Position numbers and translations under genes: made by a program. From assembly GCF_032062105.1 (NCBI RefSeq), contig NW_026927731.1:1-64000 (forward strand): a stretch of DNA of 64,000 nucleotides, read 5' to 3'. Shown here piece by piece: positions 26,695 to 37,502 of the stretch. Positions within the stretch are counted from its first letter, which is position 1; each line of letters begins with the position of its first letter. Below the pieces are notes generated by a model, which was given only the letters and a program-made list of their open reading frames with translations, ran no database searches and was not told the DNA's origin. The stretch is from Saccostrea cucullata. Its lineage: Eukaryota.

Positions 26695-29379
26695 ATGATG
26701 TTGCGAGTCTGTGTACTGTTTTCTGTTCTCCAACTGTGTTCCTGTTTGGTATATCATATAAACGAAGAGCGGGTTCCTACGTATTTCATAGGAAATGTTG
26801 GACAAGATGCAAACGTTTCGTCCATGCCTGCTGTCACACCTGATGTTCTACAGAGGATGGAATATTCCTTCATTGGAGACAGTCAGGAAATGTTTGAAAT
26901 TGATCAGCGTTCAGGCATTCTGAGTGGAAAGACAACGATAGACCGTGAAGTATTCTGTCCACATATGGTTGTGTGTAAAAAAGAATTGCGGGTTGCAGCA
27001 AGAAGTGGAAATTTTTTTCTGACCATAAATGTGATAGTTTATATAGATGACATCAATGACAATGCTCCAACATTTCCGCAGTCTTCGGTAGCTTTGGAGA
27101 TTTCAGAAGGACCCTTCATCAATTCCACCTTTCCTCTGTTAGGGGCATCAGACATTGACATGGGACCAAATAACTCTATCACTCATTATAAAATTACTCC
27201 TGATTCTGGAATTTTTGCTTTGGATGTTATTCCAAAATTAGATGGAACTTCGGATCTAAACTTAAGGCTCATTCGAGCATTGGACAGGGAACTAGTAGAT
27301 AGATATACCATATATGTCAGTGCTTTGGATGGAGGAAATCCACCCAAATCAGGGACTTTAACTGTGAATATAACAGTCACAGATATCAATGACAAAGCTC
27401 CAATATTTACTCAGCAGATGTACAATGTAACCATCAAAGAGGACATGCCAATGAACTCTCTTGTTGTACAAGTGACAGCAAATGATGGAGACACAGGCAG
27501 AAATGCTGAGGTTTCTTACAAGTTTGCCACAATTCAGACAGACAACATCGACATCTTCAACATGAATCGTGCTTCAGGGGAAATAACTCTGATCGGGGCT
27601 CCAGAATACAGTTTGACACCGTACAAAATAATCGTGGAGGCTGTTGACAATGGTGAACCCAGGAAGAGCAGTCAGGCTCAAGTGATTGTCAACATCAACG
27701 ACACAAACAACAATGTACCGGTAATCAGCATCAACGTTCTGTCTGAGTATGACTACGCCATCATCAACGAAAATGCCAACATGGGAGACATTGTGGCACA
27801 TGTGGAAGTAGAGGATGCAGACACTGGAATTAATGGACATGTTTCCTGTCACATTGAGGACAGTGACTACTTCAAACTCCAGCCCATGCCAGGCACGCAG
27901 AATGAGTTTAAGGTGGTAGTGAATGGAACCCTGGACAGGGAAGATATCATTGAACATATCGTCACTGTGTATTGTGAAGATGGTGGAACTCCAGCCTTAA
28001 ATTCTACAAAGAGCTTCAAGGTTCAAATTCAGGATCAAAATGATAATACTCCTCAATTCATTAACAAAATTTATCCTTGTGAGATTTATGAAAATGAACC
28101 CAATGGAACAGTAGTTGTCAAAGTAAGTGCAACAGACAATGATCAAGGCCACAATGCTAAAGTCCGCTATTACATCAATCCCAATGGCCAAGTGGACTTC
28201 AGGATCGCTAACCCAGTGGATGGTATTATAACTACTAGGCACTCTTTTGACAGGGAAAAGACCAGCCACTTTAATTTCACCGTAATTGCTGTTGATGGAG
28301 GAAACCCTGTTGCTCTGACAGCAACAGCAACAATATTGGTGAGAATTCTGGACAAAAATGACATCACACCTGAGTTTGACTCTGATTTGTTTGAATTCCA
28401 TGTTCCAGAAGAGATTGCCAATTTGACCACCATTGGTTTTGTAAGAGCAAAAGATGGAGATGCTGGAGAAAATGGCAATGTGACATTTGTAATGGATAGT
28501 AATTCTATAGGAAAAGTGCCCTTGATGTTGAAGTCAAATGGAGAAATTAAGAGCATCAGAAGACTGGACAGAGAGAAGAATGAGGAGTTTAACTTTACAG
28601 TGATTGCTAGAGACAATGGCGTCCCTTCCAGAAGTAGCAGTGCCACAGTCATTGTGAGGCTGACTGATATTAACGATAATGACCCAGAATTTATATTTCC
28701 AAACAGTGTTAATTACTCCGTAAACTTATCTTACTTGGCTGAGGTTGACAGTGTGGTGACTACTATTATTGCTGTGGATCCAGACAAAGATGTCAATGCA
28801 GAAATTAGATTCAACATTATTGAAGGAAATCAATTGAATTTATTCAAAATAGACACATATTCTGGAGAAATATTCCTAGCCAGAAAAATCCATCTACATG
28901 AAATTCGTATTTATGACCTTCTTTTGACTGCTACTGACCAAGGATCAGTACAACAAAAAACATCTCGACAGCTCTGTTCCATCCACATCAAATTTGTCAA
29001 CACCACAGCAGTTGCTCAAAAAATCGCAGAGGATGAGCCTCAAAACTTGATCATTGCCATTGTTATTGCTATAGTAACCTTAGTTCTGTCCATTGCCATC
29101 ATCATCACTATCTGTGTCATCAGGCGAGCAGACGTCAAAAAACACAACTACCGTGCCAAAAGTATGGAGGAAATGAAGATCATGGAAACCATGGCTCGTA
29201 ACAGCAGTACTCGGTCCTCGTCTTCCCGGGGGTCAGCGGACCATATCATCCCCCACAGGGACTTCAACCGGAATCGTAAGGAGGTCAGCTTCTCCCTGGA
29301 GGAGGACAGTATGTCGTATCGTCATCCCAGCAGCAGTCCCAGCATGTCAACCTTCAAGTCCAGCCCAGTAGATCCTCAG
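26695..29379 (+). CDS. Pcdh: Protocadherin gene A, large coding exon: signal peptide, 7 cadherin repeats, TM, proximal cytoplasmic region (delta1/PCDH9-11-like architecture)
   Basis: 895 codons. Six DxNDNxP-type linkers plus a 7th repeat; (L/I/F)DRE and AxDxG motifs; EC1 CPHMVVC cysteine pair; hydrophobic TM LIIAIV..ICVI; RKEVSF. Acceptor ttttttcAG at 26617-26618 and donor CAG|GTATGG at 29379/29380 (phase 0). Confidence 0.97.
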
Positions 29380-30391
29380 GTATGGAGTCAGTTTAATTTT
29401 TTTTTTTTTTTTAAATTTCTTCCTAAATGAATAGATTGATTTTTGAAAATATTTTTGTACTAAATCAATTGGAAAATGATTGTAATATATGCACAGTGCA
29501 GGTGAAAGATCGCAAGTTTGCATAGCCACACTAAATACATGCAGACATATTGAAGACAAACAGTCAAACATGTATTGGATGTTCCTATGTTTGGACAGGA
29601 AATGGGAAATGATTTAATTACATGATTTTATCCATTAATGATGTTGACTCAAACTTTGTGCTTGATTTCATGCAAAACTTGAACTCTGTACAATTTTGAA
29701 ACAAATATTTGATTTTTTTCTTGTTAGATAATAAAATCTCCCTGTGATGCCCGTATAACATTCAAGATGATTTCTGAGAGTAATTTTATCTCGCTTAAAT
29801 CCGAAATGTAAATCTGGTAAAACCTGTCATCTTTACACTAACTGAAATCAAAATATTGGTCAACCACTAAAGCATCTCCTCTTGAGAATACCAAGTCAGT
29901 AGGTGTGACGATCGCAATGAGTCTCAAACAATATCGCTTCCTCCGCTAAAATATCACAATCCATTAATGCTTTTGACTGGAAGCATGCAATTTTGTATGT
30001 TTTGCAGATTACTTCTACATAAAACTATAACCATCTGTTAGTAATGTATTAGATGAATATGTTCTGGCCCTTAAGGGAGATGCAAGATATTTGTTTCAAA
30101 ATCAGTTGTCTGTTTTAGAAATACCAGTAAGGGTGCCATAAATTTCTTTAAAAAAATAATCCAAAATGATGTTAACTCATAAATGTCAAAATTCATTTAG
30201 AAGTGCATGTATTTGTGCTTTAGTATTAATTGGTGTCAAACATCAATTCATAACCTGTTCAGTACTAATTATATAGACAAAAAAATCCAACTGTTGAGAA
30301 TTTCACCTCTAGTTCTTACTTCCAAATTTTTTTTAAAGGGGTGATTCCCACTTTTATCCTATTTTAACACGAAGGCCTGATTTATTCTTAG

Positions 30392-30538
30392 CCTCCGTCG
30401 GTACATCACGCCCGGGAGGACAGCACGCTGTCAGACAAAAACGCCCGCAACATCAACAGAATGGAGTCGCTGAGACTGCAGCAACGAATCCTACAGACCA
30501 AGGACCAGCAACAGTGGCAGCAGGAGGAGAGGATCAAG
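30392..30538 (+). CDS. Pcdh: Protocadherin gene A coding exon 2 (PPSVHHAREDSTLSDKNARNINRMESLRLQQRILQTKDQQQWQQEERIK)
   Basis: tttattcttAG acceptor and AAG|GTGACC donor; 147 nt, phase 0-0, open frame, GC-rich; homologous to gene B exon 2. Confidence 0.88.
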
Positions 30539-31587
30539 GTGACCAAAAGATTTATAATTACCTAATTAAAAAAAGTATATACTGTACTTAGGGGTACATG
30601 TACTTATAGAAATGAATGAATAAGGGGTGCCATTATATTGCCATACAGTAAGTTCCTTCCCAAAGAGATCATAATGTTTTCTTTGATAAAAAGCCTTTGA
30701 AAAAAAATGAATGAGGACTTATTGAGGAGCATATATGATATGCAGCTTAAAATTTACCATTTAAAATAAGTTTCCAATTGATATCGCATTTGCTGCTATT
30801 TAGAATGCAGTGATCAGAAGTGCTCTCTCTCTGCATACCTCATAAAATTCATTCAGAAATCTTCGTTTTCTCACAGTCGTTTAGAAAAAGTTTAAGACAT
30901 ATTTAGATAAGAATCTAGATGAAAGGATATAATGACATAATAGATTTGGTAACTCGTAGGTAATAATATGTTTAGATCTTAAGAAAATATTGCAAATAAA
31001 AACCTTCAGATTGCTCAGGGCTCGTGTTGATAATAATGGTAATTAAACATCTTGAAGCTTTAAAGATGTCTTTATTATGCATCATTTTAAATATGTTGGA
31101 ATAATAGTAAATGTCACAGAAACCTTTCAGGCTCTCTAAAAAGGTTAGAAAATTGCTGGAGCTGTTTTTAACAGTTGGTCTAGTTGAAAAATGCTCAATG
31201 ATTAGAAATAATAGAGTGAAAAATGTCTCCTTTTGCTTAAGGCCAGTCTCGTGTTGTTCCAGCAAGTGACTTCTAACAATGTTCATGTTTTCCCACTATA
31301 TTTTGGCTCTGAAGTTCAAAGATATATTTCTGTCATCAGAATCTATTATTAATATGACTTCAAGCAAAACTTTTATAAAGAGGAAGGTCATGTCAAAGTT
31401 TTCCTCTTCCTATGGCAAGATCGTCCTGTTAGATATGGTGTGTGGTTTTAAAACAGATTTTATGAACAAAAATATAAGGCAGGAAATATATATGAAGTAA
31501 AACCTGTCTAATGGTCGACTGTACTTAACCTTTTGGTTCTGTTTGACCCAGGAATATATTTCCCCGGATCTGACATTTTAAAGCCTC

Positions 31588-32882
31588 CCCATACGGAAAA
31601 GTTTTTTAACAAACTACTATCAAACCATCAACAAACTACCAACAAACTATATTTTAGTGGTTTGTTAAAGCAGTTTGATAGTATAGCATTTAATGAAACA
31701 CAAACAAACCACTGTTTCTAAAAATAAGTATAGTGGTTTGTTAGTCTTTCATTTCTGCTGATTGTGATTTCTTTATAGTTTGTTAGACTTGGTATCTTGC
31801 AACAGTGTTTTATTAGTATAGCATTTGCATCTAACCACATGGGAAATTACTTTACAGACATGTTTAGGGTTGAATTATCTAGAATTGTTGAAGTTTCCAA
31901 GAACAGCTTAATCTTTACATCCGGTGTTGGCTATTTGCGCCAATTTTCAAACCACCAAGCAGGTCAGAAACAAAGGAACTGGTGAAGGGAGATTCAAATT
32001 GTTAGTAATATTCGTTCTATAAGATTCCTGACTGGAAAAAGCAGCAATTAACATTATTAAAAGATGGATCTGGAAACAGAAGAGGTATTTAATGCATGTC
32101 ATGAAGTTCCTTTTTACCTAAAGGCTGGACTACAGTAACCTTCTGTGAATGTGGATGTGTCATGCTTTTTACTTTGGGTTTTTAATTGACACAATTCCTA
32201 ATACTAGTTTAATCAGTTATGCATTGGATTATGGGAAGTATACTTGAAAATAAGACAAAAAAAGATGTCTTTCAAAGTTGCAATAATTGCTAGAAAATAT
32301 ATAATGCAGCATTTTCCATGCCAGATGAAGCAGTGAATATTTAAATGTCAGCTTGAAGAACATTTTTTTTGGTGAAAAATACTATGAAGAAGAATATGAA
32401 GGAGAATATATGTGATAAGTACATGGACATTGACTCGGAATGGCATCTCCTAAACAAAAGGGAACATGTTGGAATGTTGCACTTGCATTGGCTGAACTTG
32501 TGAATCCTGGAATTTAAAATACTCTGAAACAAGACTTGTTGAACATGTTGAATACTTCAAAGTGTGACAGTGTTTAGGTGTTTTCAAAGACTTGTAGATT
32601 TGTAATAGAAATTTTCAAATCTAGTGTTTTGCTGATGGATTTGTTACCAGTGATTTGTTAGTAGTTTGTTAGAGTGGTTTGATAGTAGTTTGTTTGTGTG
32701 GTTTGATAGTAGTTTGTTAGAATGGTTTGATAGTAGTTTGTTAGAGTGGTTTGATAGTAGTTTGTTAGAGTGGTTTGATAGTAGTTTGTTAAGAGTGGTT
32801 TGATAGTATATCTACTTTCAAACCATAGTGGTTTGTTAGTAATTTGTTATAGTAGTTTGTTTGCCCTTTTTTTCCGTATGGG
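31588..32882. mobile_element. Non-autonomous CACTA/EnSpm-type (CMC) DNA transposon, 1295 bp, in gene A intron
   Basis: Perfect 13-bp TIR CCCATACGGAAAA (31588-31600) / TTTTCCGTATGGG (32870-32882) with 2-bp TSD TC. Many subterminal aacaaactactatcaaacca repeats, inverted between the two ends. Confidence 0.85.
32650..32810. repeat. 24-bp tandem array (gtggtttgatagtagtttgttaga, ~6-7 copies), subterminal repeats of the CACTA-type element
   Basis: Unit starts at 32674, 32698, 32722, 32746, 32770 and 32795. Confidence 0.92.
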
Positions 32883-33416
32883 TCCCTCTGGAGCTAGGGA
32901 GTGTGCATAAAGGGAAATAACTCTGATAGAATTATCTGCATGTAAAGCACTAAGTAGATAACACCTGGCTATCCCAAGGGCCCCATATTACATTACACAA
33001 AACAACATTATCACTACACTATCCTAGACTTCCACCAGCTCTATCTTGTTACCAAATCAGATAATTAAATATTTCTGGAAACATTGTGCATGAAGTGAAT
33101 ACCCAAAAGTGAATACCCAAACAGCCTTAGTCTATTGAGAGAGAACTTGGGGGCAACTGGAGCCACTTCAAAGCATGTAACAGGCTGCCTTTGTTTTCTT
33201 GTTTAGGGGGCCAGAGGGATTGTCATAATGTCATGCATATTGAAACTTAACTTGGAGATCCTTTTCAATTTTGGCATCCATGAATATTAACTTGTTATGT
33301 CATATGAAGTGGTTCTGGTGTATTCAGTTGACATTTCTTGTTTCAATAATCATAGGAAAAGTATTTTATAATAAAAATTTTTTTTTTTTAAATTTAAAAA
33401 TTCATTTATTTTTTAG

Positions 33417-33567
33417 AATATGCCCTACATGGAGATTGCTCGTCCATCAGAATTAAAGGGAGATAACCAAAGCGACTTGTCGGAGGAATCGCTAACCGGC
33501 GACAGTGGGAGGGGAGGTAGCGAGGAGGATATCCGCAACAGTGGGGTCCCTCACAACGACACTACAG
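33417..33567 (+). CDS. Pcdh: Protocadherin gene A coding exon 3, CM1-like motif (..SDLSEESLTGDSGRGGSEED..)
   Basis: ttttttAG acceptor and CAG|GTAGAT donor; 151 nt, phase 0-1. DSGxG acidic motif is typical of delta-protocadherin CM1. Confidence 0.92.
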
Positions 33568-33835
33568 GTAGATCATTAGCTTCACTCATCTAGATCCTAA
33601 AATAAATAATGAATTTCTACATCAATATAAAATTCTTTAAAAATTAATGGTAGCTGAAATTGGTTCTCTAAATGAAAGGTATTCATTAATATTTTATTAG
33701 TATAACTACCTCATTGTAGCAAAAACTAGTCTTGAGAAAACCATGTTTCATTTAAATTTAGTTTATAAAATATTCATGTAAATTTGACATTTTTTGGTTC
33801 ATTTTTAATTGGAAATTTTGTTTGCTCTTTTCTAG

Positions 33836-34332
33836 GTGTAGATCAAGACTCAACAAGATCTCGTCATTTATCAGTGGCCAATAGCAGTGGCATTTCTTCT
33901 ATAGGTTCACATTCCCTCACCAATCACATGAACTTTTCCACATTTGGACGTGGATCTCCTTCTGAAGGCTTGTCCACATTTCCCCGCAACGCCGGATCTA
34001 AAAATATTCTCAATGTCTCAAGACACCCTTCCTCAAGCTCAGTGAACCATAGTGGTAAAAATTTACAGAGACTTCATTCTGAACACTACTCACCGCAGAG
34101 GAAAGCTTTACGAGACATTCCCTCTGTGCCAAAGTCTTTCATACAGGATAGACTGCATAGAACTGAAAATCAAAACTTAGTGCGGTGCGATGACACTTAT
34201 AGTGAGAGCTGTAATACCACAGCGCGAGACGACGATGACGCTACAACGACGTCAGGCAGTTACACCATCAACCCCGACGATCTGTGCAATGATATTGACA
34301 ATCTCTTCTTTAAATCGGACACTGTTGTTTGA
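33836..34332 (+). CDS. Pcdh: Protocadherin gene A terminal coding exon (FSTFG WIRS-like, DDDATTTSGSYTI, C-terminal DTVV)
   Basis: tgctcttttctAG acceptor; the phase-1 junction (G|GT) joins the frame of ORF 33784-34332; ends at TGA. Confidence 0.92.
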
Positions 34333-34862
34333 TGTTGTTAGAAGAAAATTTGTAAAGACAGATATTGTGATATTTCATAACCTTCTTTAATTGTTCAAAT
34401 CTTGCCAAAGTCTCATTGTATGTCAGATCACCAATCATATCCAAGCTTACATTTGTTGTCTTCCATGCTGCTATTTGCTAATTGTGTGTGAGAGAGCTGT
34501 ATCACTGCCATGTGTGGGTGTGGTTTATATACAGCTAGTCCAATCAGATGACTAATTCAACTGTCATTCATTTTAATTTTATGTATTTATTATCTTTGTT
34601 GAGTTTTAGTTAGTTTTCTACAAGAGAATGAATTGATGCTAAATGATTGTACCAAACTATGTTATAGATAGTGCTTTTTGTACAGTGATGGTATATGCTC
34701 GTATAATTGTTCTTGGTACATTTTGTTTTCATTCTGTTTTTATGAATAATTAAGATATTCACATCAAATGTGATTTTTTTCACTCAGGGTAGAAAGAATA
34801 AGATCTGAGTTATCCCCCTTGAACACTGATCTTTTTTATTAAAATTAAGCAATGTTTTTTCT

Positions 34863-34868
34863 AATAAA
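34863..34868 (+). terminator. Candidate polyadenylation signal of gene A
   Basis: First AATAAA I found after the stop (ATTAAA also at ~34838; another AATAAA at 35222). The AT-rich context weakens the call. Confidence 0.35.
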
Positions 34869-37456
34869 TTTCACAATGGAGAGTTTATTAATATTCACCT
34901 ACACCAATAGCCACTCGCATGTCAGGTACAAGGGAAATTTGTTGTGACACAATGATTTTTTATTTGTTGAATCATTCAAATTGTTGTTATGCTAGTTTTT
35001 ATATATACACTTAATATGAATATTGAAATATTTGTATTATAAATTTGGTGAAAAAAATGATATTAAAAATATGAAGAAATATGGAACAATGGTTTTGTTG
35101 TTTGTTTTTGTTTTTAATCTTTAAAAATATACACAACATTCTTGTGAAAATTCCCATGCAGTAATTGGCAAGTTACAAACTGCTCTTAAAAAATTAATTA
35201 ATGGCTGTATGAAGATAGAATAATAAATTGAAGGCATTTTCAATACTACACCTGTCACATGTAGTTTCTAGATAAATATAAGGAACTAAAATACTTAGCA
35301 TATATGATGAAATGGGATTTCTTTTTTGTGAATACACTAGATTATCACATGACCATAAATTTGGAAAATCAACCAGGACAATTTTGGGTGATATTAATTT
35401 TTAGCATTAAGGTTCATTTTATACACTATATAAATCTTGATAAATATAATCTGACAAATATATGCATGTAAAAAATCAATTGATTTCTAAAAATATTTTT
35501 TTTATTTACCTGTGATAATTTTAAAAAATGCAGCGAAATTAATTTTAGATAAGTTCCAAATAAATAAAATTGTGTTACTTATTAATCTGCATTGAATGCA
35601 AAAGATCGATTGAATTACAAGATATAATTCTTAAAATATTTCACTTTTTATAATTATATCTTATCGATAAAAGGAATATAAAAAATGAGTTATTGTTGAA
35701 CTCATTGTTCACTGAAGATCACATTCTTTTTAATTTCACGTAAATATTCAACTAACTACTCGCGAAAAGAGTTTATAAAACATATATATTTTATTCACAG
35801 ATAGCATTGCTATATTGTAAATTGTGTACTACTGTTTCACACTGAATTCAAAATTAACGATATATCAGTATAACCAATGTTTTTTGGAAAATTTTTAACT
35901 TCTTTCAAGCTTGGAAAAGCACGGCAAGTTAGTCTAAGCGAGATAACTCTAAAATTTTGAAAACCTGTACACGAAAATAAGGAGTTGTCTCTCTTGTTAA
36001 ACTTAGAAAAATAGCTTTTTCTGACTAAATAGAACCCTTTCACGGCCTAAAGAGGTTTCATGCATGCAGATAATTTTGTATTCTATAAAATAAAACTTTC
36101 CGACAAATTCGAAATTATATGTAACAAAACAACCAGCTCAAAAGGCATTTGCATCTTTTTCCTGACTGTACTGTAAGCGCATGACTAATGTACAGTTTGT
36201 CCGTTCGTCTTTGTGTTCACCTGGAATTTTGGAATTTAGTGTTGTGGCACTCTTTGACCAGTTTTTAAACTTCTATTTCGTTTTACACAAACGAATTACA
36301 TTCATGCTGTGTGAATATAAAGGCAGACTGTCCATTGACAGTTTCATAAGTTGAACAGTCAGGTTGATTTTAACATCTCTTTTCACAGTACATGTATATA
36401 TTAGTATTCAGTACCTCTGCATTTTGCCAAGACCTGCAGTTTTTGATGTTGATGTCTATGAAAAGAAAATTAAAGACCCCCAACCTCGAGCTCCTTTCCA
36501 GAGAAACACATGGACAACTCTGCAATAGTCAGAAGATCAATGAATCTATGGAAAATTGGCTTAGAAAAATGCCCACTACTCATTTTTTAAATACTTTAAC
36601 CATAATTATATATTCATGTATTCATATTACGGCAATGTAACAAAATGTTTTATAGCGAGAAGGCTTTCTGAGTTCCAGAACTATTGTCTTAATCAAATGT
36701 TTCACAATAAAATATGTTCAATTTACACACAAAAGAATTTTCTGCTTGGGGCAGGTTCTTTACATTTGTAGAAAAAAAAAATCCCTTTTTTGTGCATGTT
36801 CATGTTATCAAACTCGTCTTATACATGAAAATGAAATATATCTAAGGTATCGTGTTAAATGTAATGGCTACATTCTGACTGGAAGCTATTATACGATTTC
36901 AAGGAAGGGGAAGGATGGAATTTACTTCGTTAAAGGGGAACAACTCTTTAGCAAAGTTTAAAAAATAAAAATACCAGAGTTGTCTCTCTTTCATCAGTAT
37001 CGATGCAAAATTCGAACACGCGATTACTTTTAAGAAATACGTGAATTTCCATTTGCTTGAAGAAATAACTACTTTAGGACAGAGATATGAAATGCATATA
37101 TATCAAACGGATCGTAATAACTGTAATAACTATTGGTAGATATTTTAAACTGTATCAGGGAAAGAAAATATATTTTTCTTTGAAAGGCGAGACAACTCTT
37201 TTAGCCAAAAAAAAATTAAAATATTAATTTGAGTTGTCTCTCTTTCATCAGTAGAATGCAAATTTTGGTTATGGTACTTGTTTGTTATGTTGATAAGAAA
37301 TAACTGCATTTAATTAAGAAAATACACGATATATGTGATGAAACAATTTAACATTCATAGGTTCATTAAAAAAAGTTGTGATTACACTTACGTTTCTGCC
37401 CCCCTCTCTCTCTCGCGCGCGCGTAGGTCCTACTCCAAATATTAATAAAATAAAAT

Positions 37457-37458
<2 letters not shown>

Positions 37459-37498
<40 letters not shown>
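37459..37498. repeat. (AG)20 microsatellite
   Basis: Directly visible; a (CT)n(CG)5 tract lies upstream at 37404-37423. Confidence 0.97.

Positions 37499-37502
<4 letters not shown>

Noticed and set aside
27186-28652. Antisense ORFs of 69-160 aa overlapping gene A (and similar ones over gene B at 45077-46764)
   Set aside because: Shadow ORFs produced by the codon structure of the cadherin exons.
30375-30391. Alternative upstream acceptor (gaAG at 30374) for gene A exon 2
   Set aside because: Gives GCC TGA, an immediate stop in phase 0.
32650-32810. Regular short repeats suggesting a CRISPR array
   Set aside because: Head-to-tail 24-mers without unique spacers, eukaryotic context and no cas genes; they are transposon subterminal repeats.
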